Shown here: piece by piece, positions 51,341 to 64,000 of the stretch
Layout: each line of letters starts with the position of its first letter
Numbering within the stretch: the stretch's first letter is position 1
Assembly: GCF_001194135.2 (NCBI RefSeq)
Contig: NC_068981.1
Coordinates: 107,000,352-107,064,351, forward strand
Source: Octopus bimaculoides
Taxonomy: Eukaryota
Reading direction: 5' to 3'
Length of the DNA: 64,000 nucleotides
Made by a program: the position numbers and the translations under genes
The notes under the pieces: generated by a model
What the model was told of the DNA's origin: nothing
Database searches by the model: none
What the model saw: the letters and a program-made list of their open reading frames with translations, nothing else

Positions 51341-51473
51341 GTGTAGAATGGGTTAGTCAGTACTATCAAAACCATTAGTAAGGTGGATGGATTGTCAGCA
51401 TCATCAGAGCATTAGACACAAGGCCATGTGGTATTTGTTCTGGCTCTTTATGTTTTGAGTTATAAAGTCAAAG

Positions 51474-51821
51474 CAAAGAAAGGGTAAAGACCCCCTTCGG
51501 TTGTAAATGATAATGGGAATGCACCTAGAAAGTTCCCCTCCAAGGTACAAGTCCAGGCAAGGCTATTTATGGAAGACCAGCAGTCGCCCATGCATACCAG
51601 CCTCCCCTCTCCATGTCACCAATGTTATCCAAGGGAAAGGCAAGGTTGATACAGCTTGGCACCAGTGACTTCGCAACTTGCTTCTACAGCTGAGTGAACT
51701 GGAGCAACCTGAAATAAAGTATCTTGCTCAAGAACACAACACACAGCCCAGTCCAGGAATCGAAATCACTGCCTCATGATTGTAATCTCAACACTCTAAC
51801 CACTAAGCCATGTGCCTTCAC
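51474..51821 (-). mobile_element. Full-length SINE family C with a 10-bp TSD, nested in a family A SINE (about 51378-51908)
   Basis: TSD AAAGTCAAAG at 51464-51473 and 51822-51831. The reverse complement starts gtgaaggcacatggcttagtggttagag (A box) ... gatttcgattcc (B box). Confidence 0.85.
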
Positions 51822-54193
51822 AAAGTCAAAGTGTCAGTTAAGTATTAAGTCAATTTAATTGACTAACCCCCGTCTTTAGATTTGAGGCCTTGTGCCTATG
51901 TTAGCAACATTACTACTGCTACAGAATTTCCCATGCATTGAGTTAAATGCTAATGGTATTTAACTTCCTTTCTCTGCATTCAGATTTCAAATCCTGCTGC
52001 TGTTGATGTTCTTTTCACCATTTTTCAATATTTTCTCATCATTTCAGTTGCATATTACAAAAAAATGGGTTTGTGGTACATGATCAGCTACTATTTATTA
52101 TTTACTCTATTTTTTTTTTCTATATTTTCATAAATCTTTTGTTGTTGGATTTTAAAGAATTTGATGTTGGTAGATAGCAAGGAGAAGGTAAACTAAGTTT
52201 TGGATTTTCATAAATCCAAATAAATAAAATTTTGGATTTTCATAAATCTTTCCATAAATTATTATACAAGTAAAATGTCTTAGAGACTGTCACCTTACAC
52301 CTATCACAAGCATTTCATTATTTCTGGTGTTATGATACTTTATAAATCTCAGTTACCCTGACTTCTTAGGAATATTTGCCAGATTTACCAAGGAATATTA
52401 TGTGCATTACTGATATCAATGGTAATGTCTAAACCTGTCCTTTAAAATTGCTGGCTTTGTTCCTTAATTTGAAACACAGATCAGCAAACTGGCATTAGCT
52501 CTTTCAACAAAATGCCTTGTGGTATTTCTTATGAATTTAAATCCCATTGCCTTTCATCATTTTTGAGAAACAAATTATCCCTCCATATTCTATAACTATT
52601 AAATCCAGATTTAAGCACCATCTTCACAATTGTCTGTGACTTGTGAAGTTACAATTTTTACCTTTACTCCCAAAACATACTCCACCCAAAACATTCTCTG
52701 GAAAATGCTTATAGGATGGAAAGTTCCCACACTATATTCTAATGTTATATGTTCTGAAAAATATATCTGTACATTTTAGCCATTATTAATAGAGAGAATA
52801 TCTTGTCTTTTTATACAATATTGTCATAAATGGAAAAAGAGGGATGAACTGGACTAGTTTTAATCCTCTGTTGGGATTTCATCAGTGACTAAGTACTCTC
52901 TTTGGAACCTTCACTATTACTAAGAACTTGAGTGAATTAGCTCAGTAGATTTACTTATATAACATTACTTCATAGCTACTTGGATTAATACATTGTAGCA
53001 GTGAAATAAAATGCTATTAACATAGTAATATATAAATTAAAAACTAGTCCAGTTGATCCTTCTTTTCTCTGCACAGTTATATTGTATAAAAAGACAAAAT
53101 GTTACAATCTGTCTACACGTCAATAATAGAAAACTCGTGCATTTACAATAGTGTTACTAATATCTTGAATGACTTCAATTATATTTACAGTTGTGTCATT
53201 GTTACATAAGATTATTGACCAAATGCTCATGTATTGAATGCTTTAGTCTTTGTGTTATGTCATGGGACAGAACATACCCTGCTAGATTAGGTTCAACTGA
53301 CTGACAACAGCTGTTGTTATTTTTCAGCTAAATGGTTCATAAATAGGTTGAGAAAATTTTTTTGTAATTATTTCTCCTGAAAAAAGAACAGCTGCAACAG
53401 TATTAATATAAATGGTATAGAACCGGACAAATAGTTGTACATTTTCTGAACATGAATCCTTCTATATTTTAGAAAGAGGTATACAAATGAATTTTATTGG
53501 TGGCATGTTATGCATGAGCCCATAACTTGGAGATTTTATATATCACAACGCTCTCTTTCAGTACTTTGCATAACCAAATTAATTCCACTGGATTAATCAA
53601 ATAAGTAACATAAATGTATCAGAATTTAAATTACAAAGTACTGTAAACTTGTCTAATAAAAGTACTTAATCAGTTTGTTACTATATTTCTGTTGAAATAC
53701 ACTGCCTTTAATTTAATTTGGAAATAATGAATTTAGTAAAATAACTTTGCCAGTATTAAGCTAAAATTTGAAACATAAATTAACATGAAATTTTGCTGAA
53801 AGGTTTTTACATTACTTTAAAACCTGACGCTTGTATCATACAACCAGGGCATGGTGTCAGGTGGGTTGGCATCAAAAGGCAGAGAGAAAGTAAATACTCT
53901 ATTTACTATCCAATTTGTATTGAAAATAATAATAAAGAGTTTACATATGTTACCTTTAAGTATATCCATTTCCAGTTGGATTAGTGTCTTAAAAAGTAGA
54001 AAAAAGAAAACTAGATTTAATTGCAAGTTTGAACAGTTTGAATGGGGAATCTTAAAATTTGATCTAATTTGTTATAAAACATGCTATCCTTCTCTTCATG
54101 TTTAGATGATCAAACAACTATTTAACTCAAAATAAATCCACTTTATCAACAGAAATCATTTCACCTTGCAATTAGATTTTATCCACTATATAT

Positions 54194-54214
54194 CCTAACC
54201 CTAACCCTAACCCT
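54194..54214. repeat. Short interstitial telomeric repeat, about 3.5 (CCCTAA) units
   Basis: cctaaccctaaccctaaccct. Confidence 0.8.
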
Positions 54215-57200
54215 TGCCTTATTTTTAATTTTGGAGTATAGTTTTTTTTATTTTCATTCTTGATGGTTATTGTATACATTATATATTTTTGATATAAATT
54301 CTTTATTTAGTTTATTAATAACTGGTGCTAAAGAAAAAAAAAACAACAATATTACACTACAAAAATAATTAATTTAGAGTATAATTGATAAAAATCTTTC
54401 ACCAACTGCTTATAAACAATTCCATTAAGAGGGTCATATATTTGATTTTATCCTAATTTCCAAACAGTTTAAGTGATTGAAATACATATCTCCCTCAGGA
54501 CAAGAATCTATCAGCAATTTTAGTTTCTACAGATTTAGTGGTGCACTATACTTCAACGTGGTACCTATTTGCATTTAAGAACTTTTAATTCTTTGACTAG
54601 CAAACCACTATGATGCTGAGTTAGTCAACTCATAATGTAAATTATACATTAAAAGTATAAAGCCTAAACATACAGCTCCATGTTTTATAATTATCATACC
54701 AATATTATTACAATCATATTTTTTCTATGCTGATGTCATTTGAAGGTCTCTTCAAATTCAGATTTTGTTATTAATCAATTGGTTGCAATTATTTGCAGGT
54801 GAATACAATTTTCTAATTATTTTTAGAAAGAGAATTTGACTGTAAAAAGAAGAGAAAATAATGGATCTATAAAATAAATTGCAGGAAGGTACTGGTGTTG
54901 ATATAATTAACTGGATCCCTGTCTCCAAATTTCTGGCTTTGAGCCAATGTTAGCAACAATTTCTATTATGATAAAATAAAGTGCCAATCAAATAATGTGA
55001 ATGGGGTGGGGGGATGTAATCAGCTCATCTCTTTCCACCGTTTCACCTCCCGCCAATTTTCTGGTCTTAAGCCTACATCAGAAAACTAAAAACAGTAAAG
55101 TATTAAATAAATTGCTTAGGGAGGCCTTGCATAGTCTTCATTTTACTAGAAATAGTCACCAAATTTTCTCCAAACCACACTCTTCCATCTTAATAATGGA
55201 CTCATTGGACAAGTTAGTCTGTGGTACTCAATTCCTAAAAATTAGATGGGATGGTCATTGTTTGAATTCCTTTAACCATAGAATTTGCACACTTAGGGCT
55301 GACTTGGATCTAAGCTACAATAACAAGTACATTTATACTTCTTTACTTTAACTCAGATACTTTCTTTCATTTTCAGTCATCTGCTTGTTATACAAGTTTA
55401 ATCAATTGTACTGTAGCCTGTATGCTTTCAAAAGAAATCAGTATTATTTGTTATATATTCCATTTTTAGATTTCTTTTGGACACAATGTTCTGTCCTAAT
55501 TCCATAGATTAGAATCAGTTTTTTTTAGATGATTACTTAATTCATAATTTTTACAGGGGAACGTTTAATTCCAGTGCTAAACTGTGAGTATTTTTTTTTA
55601 TTTTAGCAAAAATAATCATATTTACTGTAGTTGTGAATAGTTTGTTAATACCTTACTAGCTTTGTTTTGCAAATGTTCACTCATATATTGAAGTGGTTCA
55701 GTATATTTGACCTGTTAAATATGCACCCAATGCCTCTGATGAGGAGATAACAGAAACCATGTTTTGGACTGTATGGTGGGGCACTAACTTTATCAAGCAA
55801 TAAAGGATGTTTCAGGTTTGAGTCAGATGATTCAAATCTGAACTATCTTTTATTAATAGTTAATTAAAATAAGTTTTCAGTGTTTGTTTAAAGTGCTAAG
55901 TTTTAATAACTAGTTATTAAATGTTATTCAGTTCTAACAACCATAGGCTTCTATAAAACTTTCATGACTTCTTTTCTTTTTTGTTATTCTTACCATTGTA
56001 TTTTCTAACCATGTTCAGTTAATATGAAATCTTAATGGAAATTACTAAGATAGTATATACATGATACTCTTAATGAATCTTCAATTTATTTTCATGCAAT
56101 GTACTCTTCAATTGTTTACTTCCATTCAGTATCATAACCAGTGGTAATATTAACAATCATAGATAAAATATTCACTTCTTCCACTGATAGAGTTTAAAAC
56201 TTCAGTACCCTTCAATTATACACAATTGCAAGCATTTTTTGTTTTCCAAGAAAAACTATTTCATGATACATCTGCTTAACATGATAACTTATAATGTCAA
56301 TAATCCACTTTCATTATACTTATTTACTTATTACATTACTATCTCCTGCAACACCTGGATGATTCATATCTTTAACATTGCCATGACAGTACAAAGGAAA
56401 TCTAAACAGTTGTTGCCCTTACAAGGTAAAAGACATGCTAAAAGTCTGAGGAGACTTGCAAAAGTTCAGTCTGTTACCTTTTCTCCTATTTAATAAATAC
56501 TCATACTTCCTTTAAGTAATTTCTCTTATAACTTTTCTTAATATTATCTCTATAGAAGTCTGTCTCATATCATGTCTAGTGTAATTTTTAAACTATCACT
56601 CAAAAGAAGACCATTCAGTTGATTAAGAAGCTCCAACATTCCAAAAATTCTTCAGTCCATGGCATATTGTTCTTGTTTCCTCTCTTTGGTTTTGAATGCT
56701 ACACTAACAATCTTTTCATCAGAACTTACTAATTACAACTCACTGACCTCAATCTATCTGCTGGATACATATCTCTGCTACTCATCACTCTTTCTCATTT
56801 CTTTGTATTGTAATTAAATCCTGCAGCAAACATTGCATACAATCCTTCATTCAAACACTTATCATCTGCAAATTGTTTTCCTATGGTATATTCTTACCAG
56901 CTAATTTGTCTGCTAATATCTAGATTTCACTATTACGAAATTACTTTTACCCCCCCCCCCTCCACTTTTTAAAATGACCTCTCTCTTTGTCTCACACACA
57001 TACACACATCTAGTGCCATCTCCAACTGCATACTAAATTATAAAAGAAGTAAATGCTACTAAATTAAACAACTGATTCTTCATCTTATGATTGTTCTAAC
57101 TTTCTAAAACAAGTTCTTTGTATGGATACTAAGATCTTATATTTCACTTCCCATATAATCATTTTAGTGTGTGTTTGTGTAAAGAAACCAATCATCGTGG

Positions 57201-60200
57201 GTTGGGTGAGTCTAGCAGCTGCTGAGGGCTATGTCTTGGTCATATGTTCCATTTTTGGCGTAATTTCTTTTGCTGGATGCCCTTCCTAATACCAAACCGC
57301 TTTACAGAATGTACTGATTGCTTTTCTTGCATGACACCAGTACTAGTGAGGTTGCCGTACACCTCACTCAGCAAATAATTCTCTCTGCTCTGTCTTGTCT
57401 GTTCATTCAAAGCAACATTATCAGAAGAGAGAGAACAATGACAGGAAAGAACTGGGTGACGAAGTGAAAGAGGTGAGAGTGTGATGAAAGAAACAATGAT
57501 TGGATGGTGTCATTGTGATGGGAGAGTGATGGCTAGCAGTATCAAGTTGATGTTTGTTAGTAAGAGAGAGAGAGAATAAGAAATGGATAGTTATAGAGAT
57601 GGCAATGGTAAGAGAGCAAGTTATATCCTAGAAGAAAGGGGAGTGATGACTAGCATTGCCAAGGGATGATGGTGGTTTTCTCAGAGATACCAATAAACCT
57701 CTCATTATATAGACATTGTAATGTGAGAGTGATACAGATAATTGGTAGTGCAGAATAATTACATTGGACAGATTCAGCAATATCTCACATTACACCAGTG
57801 GTATGGTACGATTTAATGTTTTGTTTTGCATCCATGAATGGGAAGATCTAAAGCAACATATGTTGCTTATCATCATTTTGGTATTTTGTCATGTTCATGA
57901 AGTACAGATCCTTGAGTCCAGCCATCAACACTTTATCCTATTTCTTCCTAGATCACTGTCTTCCATGGGTATAATTCACTGAGCATACAACATTTGATAC
58001 AGCTGTTATCCTCCTTACACATCAGGTACCCCACCAGTGCAATCGCTTCTCTTACTACATTTGATTTCTCTTGTAACCAGTTTTTTTCTTCCTCAACTCA
58101 TTTATATTCATTCATGTACACTTACATTATACATCCAGCAGGTCATAGTTCATTTCTGTCTATTCTTCAGACACCCTTTGGATTCAAAACTTCAGTCTTG
58201 CTACCACAAAGCACCACACCTCAAACTGAAGCATCATACAATCTATCTTTCACTCTGAAAGAGAAGCCTTTTGTTGTCAGTAGAGTTAATAACCCTTTGA
58301 ACTTCACCTTTTTCTTACTCTGACCACTATGCTTCAGTGCTCATATTTCCACTGTTAATTAGGTCATCTAAATAACAAAAGCTATCAACTACTTCTAGAA
58401 TGCCTTCAAAGCATTTAAAGGGAGTTTATTTTGCACGTATTCTTACTACTCCTATGTATGTGCTTCAGATCTACCTTCTGTGTTATCCTGACTATGTCCC
58501 CACTATACTGCTTGTGCATCTATACTTAACACTGCGTGCAACAATGCAATTCCTATGTACTATTTATCTGTATATCAAGTGCAAGCATTTCTTTGAGGGT
58601 AGAAATGACTTGCCTTTATTGCCTTACTAAAACTTTAATTCATATAGATGTGTGGGTGTGTATAATAAAAGAGAAAGAAAAATTTATTCAATATTTCTGC
58701 TTCAACTATCCATAACCATGGACATGTGAAATGATAAACCAATATATTGGATAGATTTACTTTTCTCCAGTTTTGCACTGTAAAATGTCTTTTATCACCT
58801 TTCTGTTATAATAAAACTAAAATATACTTTGTTTTTGCATTTTCTTTTTTCTAATCATTTGCATGCAAATGTTAACTTGACTTCTGTTAGATTTCCCCAT
58901 TGTTATAACACATACAGACCTCATGTACATGTGTGTGTGTAATATCTTCACCTATACCTTGATTTGACCTGTGGAATTTGGTAAATGGAAAACATGCTGT
59001 TTATTTTGTGTCTTGTGTCTTAACAATTCAACAAATAGAGATTGCTATAGTAATTATCACTGAAACAAATACTGGGTTCCGTAGGATCACTTAGAACACT
59101 TGAAATCAGTGCACCAAAATGGCCACAGCAAAGTGAAAAATAAAACATATTTGTAAATATGAATTTATAAAGGTCAAAGTACATTCTTTAGCATACTGTG
59201 ATAAGGAGATAGTGTTGTTAAAGCATGTTATTATTTGTGTCCAGAAATATGAGATTGACCTGTCCTGCTTCCTCATTTAACACTGGTTTATCAGAGTTCA
59301 ATTTCTTGATTCTGTGATCACAGAGAGAAAGAGAGAGAGATAGTTATAGCTTGAAACTATTTATAGTATACACATGCCCCTAATCTGTATAACAACAGGG
59401 CAAGTATTGGCAATGTTCGGATAAATGAAGTAGTCCTTTTATTAATTAAATGTTGACAGCACTTGCACTACTATTATGTAAATTAGAACAACTTGCCTTT
59501 GTCCAAATTTGTTTATACAATGAATTGCAATAAGTTCCTGTTATCTGTTGTCAGAGAAAAGAGTAGCCAATCTGCCATGAACTGCTAAAAATAACTCTGA
59601 AACATGCTTGGTCATCTTTTTGTTTCTTCTTTGGACACATTTTAACCAGTTTCTTCTCCTCACAGTTAGGCTAAAAGTATATTTGCTAAAAACACCCACC
59701 TGTTAGTTTACTTTACATCATTGAATATATATATATTTTAATCAGTCAAAATTCAATTTTTCTTAAATCATAATCAGCTGTACATTTGATAAACAAATAA
59801 TTAAAACAGAACCGAACTAATTGTCATGTAAGTTGGAAACCTGTAGCTTAATCTTTTGAGTTCTTGCATAATAAATAGCAATGCAATAATTTCTGCCAGT
59901 TTTCATTTTGACATTATAAAACCTGCTATTATTTGTCACAAGAATTTTTTTTATCTTTCTTCTTTCCTTTCCCAAGAATGGGAAGTGGTTTATACATAGA
60001 CTTGAATTCTTGCTCCCTGGACAGTAATGTAGTTGAGTAGAGGTTGTTTACTTCAACTAAGGCAGAGAGTTGACAGTAAATGAAATGCTGTCATTATAAC
60101 TCTCAAATTATTTCCTGTGACATGGAGCATATTATCTTTTTTTCCTGAGGTGCGTATTTGTGTGTGGTAGTGCAAAAGAAGAGAGGTTTAGTAAAACAAA

Positions 60201-60815
60201 AACAAAAAAAGCAGTTATGAAAATCCTTTGAAAGAATTGTCTGTTTTATTTGTTTATTTACAAAAGGAGAGCAAAGAAAGAATGAAAAAGAAGAGGGTGT
60301 TAAATATTGACTGTCATGGTGTTTAGCAAATTTGGAGAAACTTTTAGACAATATTTTGGAAAGTCTAGCTCATGCCAAAATATTCATCTGAATATTTGAA
60401 ATAATTCCACCCCCTCCCCTTTACACATACACACATATCAGGTACATGCCATCAGTAATTACTTTGGGTAGGCAGTTGGTGACATTTATGTAGTAAAACA
60501 CACAAAAAGTAAGCAAAACACAGCCGCATGACTGAGTTGTAAGCAGATTTACTTCTGTTTTTACAGAATGTAAAGGAAATATTGTAGAAATGTACGCAGT
60601 ACATGTACTACAAAGGTACTATGCATAGCTTAAATACTGAGATAGAAAGGCAGGTGCAAATTATGCCTACCTAATCTACAAAAAAAAAAATTTTCATTTT
60701 ATGCATAGTAATCAGAGTAACCTTCATAGTTTTATTGAATTAGATACATATTTTGCTATAAAAGGAAAATGTTGTTTTCGATCTATTTCATACCTAGGCG
60801 GCATGTCCCTGATTA

Positions 60816-60881
<66 letters not shown>

Positions 60882-61305
60882 TACACACAAATACGCCCAA
60901 ACATTTACATATATACTTGCACTAGGCTTAACTGTTGGAATTACAATAAAAGAAGTTTTTATATATTTGCTCAACTGGCCAAAAGTACTACCCAAACTCC
61001 TTCAAATCAGACCCTGTCACTTTTAAGAAATATAGTACAGTACTACATGTACTAAAACAGATGATGTGGAATTAAAAATAAGAACCCTACCCACCCACTT
61101 TGTGTGTGTGTGTTTCTTGAGATATCTATGTTTTAGATTACAATTCAGCAAAAAGAAACATTGGCAATTTGAAATTGCTTGTCAACTGCCATCTTTTTTC
61201 TGTAACTAGTTGTAACTTTTACACTTGGAGTTTCTTTTTAAAATTCTTTCTGATTTATGTTTTAAAGCATAGCTTAGGTTTAAATGTATTTAACTACCAC
61301 ACATA

Positions 61306-61354
<49 letters not shown>

Positions 61355-61573
61355 CACAGTACATTCACCTTGACACACAGACATATATACACACAAGAAC
61401 ACGTGCCTGAAAGCATACATACATACATACATTTACAGAAAACCATTCATATTCACAAATTTCTAACCCTTTTTAGCATGCAAATGTAAAATTATATATA
61501 ATAATGCAAAGACACTGTCTCTGTCTATCTATCTTGTTTTCTCTCTGTATGAACTACATCAGTGAGTTTTGTA

Positions 61574-61801
61574 TTGGGTTCGTGCCGCAAAGTTCGTGCC
61601 GATTTTTAAAGGAAAGAAAAAGGTCAATAAATACTTGCCATTACATTTTTAATCAACCAAATACGAACCATTTTGTTGTATAATGCGTCTATCTTTCCTT
61701 TAACTTGAAAATACCCACTTCCCAGAATTGAGGTGGTTTCATGGCAAATAAGTCGAAAGGTAAGCTACTATAAATCGGCACAAACTTTCCGGACAACCCA
61801 A
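61574..61801 (-). mobile_element. Mariner-derived MITE with TA TSD
   Basis: TA-ttgggtt...aaagttcgtgccgattt / aaatcggcacaaactttccggacaacccaa-TA. The minus strand retains FKLKER..RIIQQNGSYLVD*, a mariner C-terminus. Confidence 0.85.
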
Positions 61802-62852
61802 TACTATGAATGTCGTTGTGTCTATCTTGTATCCGAGAATTTAGTCTTCTTTGCTATATGCTTCCTTTAAGGTGATGATGTTGATGATTATGTAGACCAG
61901 TTCTTGCATAGAAGAGTTGATGGCATTGACTGCACAGTAATATTGGTGGAGGACAAGGTTGATTTTGTCAGGCCTTTCTGTACCTTCATTTAATTTCTTT
62001 GTTTTTTCTTTGGGTGACTTTGAGGTTTTTGGTTTCAGTGGTGATGGAAGACCACTACTTCATATGGTCTCAGGCTTGTGTTTCAAACAATTTAGGCTCA
62101 AGTCCAGTGGCTTTCAGTATTGTTTTGAGTTGGTCCTTGTTTCTTCGAAAAGTGCAACCCCATAGTCTTTTCCTTCAAGTGAGCTTGCTGAATAAGACTT
62201 TGTGTAGGAACCTTGACTCTTCCAACCATGACTATTCCATTCTTGCTACATGTCCTGACCATCAAAAACAGTGTTTCATGGTCAGCAATTCAGTGCTTTA
62301 ACTGTTGGCTCTTTCTGTTATCTGAACCTATGTCCTTGTTTTACTTAACATTGATCTTGATTTACTGTTTATTTATGCATGCATGCATGAATATTTGTAA
62401 TTATTGTCAGTGTCTGCCATTGTTGTTGCTGTTCCTTTATCATTAGTTATGGTAGTAAAATTGAAATCTCCTGTGGTACGTACCAATTGAAGCCAAAAAA
62501 CACATTGGAAATGCCAGCATGTCTGCTGTAGACAACTCCACCACAGTTATGTGATGTAGATAGATAGGAAAAGGATGGATGGACGGAAGGATAGATAGTT
62601 TAAAAGCTGGGTACAACTAGCAAAAAGTCATTAACTTTCAGTGGAAGTATATCAAAGATGTAACCAAAATGTTAATACTTTTATTATCAAAATGTAAACG
62701 TTAATGAAAGAAATTATATACACAAACATTTCTGTTCATTATATACTTTAATTATTCAGTATCAAGCGTAAATTAATAAATGATCAATGCTGATAATATA
62801 AATGAAAAGTCACTGAATCAGTTAGAATATTGTCAAATGCATCACCAGCAGT

Positions 62853-63079
62853 TTAAACCTTTCATTACTGTATTTATGTTGAGATGATCAGTGTTTCTTT
62901 CAATTAATTTTAAATATAACAAAGAATTTAGTAAAATAACTTACTTATCATTAAGCTAGTGTTATGAACATAAATTGTGACAAAGGTTTGGTGGAAGATT
63001 TTAATTCAAAGCTTACGAAAACCAGACATTTGTACTACAGAGCCAGAGGCAGTTTCAGCTGGGATATCGAAAGATTTAA
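62853..63079. mobile_element. Second piggyBac-type MITE family (P2)
   Basis: TTAA-acctttcattac ... gatatcgaaagat-TTAA, about 225 bp. The interior is unrelated to P1. Confidence 0.55.
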
Positions 63080-63407
63080 TGAAATAATTTAGGCCACATG
63101 AATTAATTGAAATGGCTGGTATGCATTGTAGAATGAACATATTTGTTAAAACAGAATTATTCCTTAATGAAAGTATTCACATTCTGGATTATGTCTTAAT
63201 ATCCTTCTTTTATTGGCAGTGGATAACAGTAAAATGACAGGACCCATGTTTGCCATTTGTGTTGAAAATAAGAGTATTTGGGGTGGGGGGTTCAAGAAGG
63301 GTGTGTGTATGTGTACATAATTAAAGATATAAACATACCTAAATGAAAGATAATTATTCTTCCTTTTCACCCCAAATCAGTCATGTTGTGAGGAAAAATA
63401 TAATATT

Positions 63408-63851
63408 GGTTTCAAATTTTGACACAAGGTCAGCAACTTCAGTAGGTAGGTGGGGGACTAAGTCGATTAAATCAATCCCCAGTGCTCAACTGATACTTTT
63501 TTGAAAAGATGAAGGGCAAAGTCAACTCCAGCGACATCTGAACCAAGAACATTAAGACAAACAAATTGCTGGTAAGCATTTTGCCTGGCTTGCTAACAAT
63601 TCTGCCATCTTGTCACTTTTTCAAATTTTGGCACAAGGTCAGTAATTTTGGGGGAGGGGGTTAAGTTGATTACATCAACAATTTCAGTAGCTGGGTGGGG
63701 ACTAAGTCGATTAAATCAACCCCCAGGGCTCAACAAAAGGATGAAAGGCAAAGTTGACCATGGTGGAATTTGAACTCAGAACGTAAACATGGATGAAATG
63801 CTGCTAAGCATTTTGCCTGGCATGCTAACCACTCTGCCACTTCACTGCCTT
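63408..63851 (-). mobile_element. Two tandem SINE family A copies with a local internal duplication
   Basis: Copies at 63408-63612 and 63620-63851. The diagnostic ggggactaagtcgattaaatcaa occurs in both, and the second copy carries the segment twice in variant form. Confidence 0.8.
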
Positions 63852-63965
63852 TGAGGAGGAATATAATATCACAACTAGAAAATTCATTGATGACACATAC
63901 ATTATTATATTAATGACACTGTGTATGTTTAGTTTTTTGTGGTTTTTTAAAAAGTTTTTTAGTTC

Positions 63966-64000
<35 letters not shown>

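Noticed and set aside
52120-52255. Repeated ttttcataaatc motif with a small hairpin, tttggatt...aatccaaa
   Set aside because: Consistent with local slippage duplication in AT-rich DNA. It is not a regular array, and the spacing is not CRISPR-like.
55736-55765. Hammerhead-like CTGATGA-GGAGATAACA-GAAAC-CAT-GTT
   Set aside because: Neither stem I nor stem II pairs. It is at best a decayed relic and plausible by chance.
23707-64000. Next GALNT exon (expected GPGExG...NQFNL...SDxIxLxRSLPD)
   Set aside because: No such motif was found by eye. The exon probably lies beyond the window, though a miss or a location inside a gap cannot be excluded.
1-64000. CRISPR arrays, operons or prokaryotic defence systems
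   Set aside because: The sequence is clearly eukaryotic and intronic or TE-derived. No repeat-spacer array or gene-dense segment suggesting contamination or bacterial transfer was seen.

Overview
This is eukaryotic, very AT-rich, microsatellite- and transposon-dense genomic DNA with six N-gaps. The repeat repertoire (tRNA-derived SINEs, RTE LINEs with (GAT)n tails, short TTAA-flanked MITEs) resembles coleoid cephalopod, probably Octopus, sequence; that assignment comes from recall, not a database search. One host coding exon is supportable: 23242-23706 on the + strand. It holds 5'UTR plus the N-terminus of a GALNT1/13-like polypeptide N-acetylgalactosaminyltransferase (cytoplasmic tail, transmembrane anchor, Gly-rich stem). 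A CpG-retaining region at about 5.6-7.5 kb is the likely promoter and first-exon area. I found no catalytic-domain exon in the remaining 40 kb, so that stretch is probably one large intron. Everything else is TE-derived (Tc1, mariner, piggyBac-type and Merlin-type MITEs, RTE, CR1/L2-like, a Gypsy relic, several SINE families) or simple repeat. Most ORF-track entries are artefacts of N-runs or microsatellites. The most notable observations are: (1) two nested inverted-repeat pairs bracketing the 465-nt AUG-containing exon, the classic geometry for circRNA formation or ADAR substrates; (2) a 175-bp palindromic MITE with head-to-head telomeric repeats and an 8-bp TSD, inserted in a SINE; (3) an RTE copy with twin-priming-like 5' inversion geometry. 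No CRISPR array, rRNA, bona fide tRNA gene or prokaryotic system was seen.
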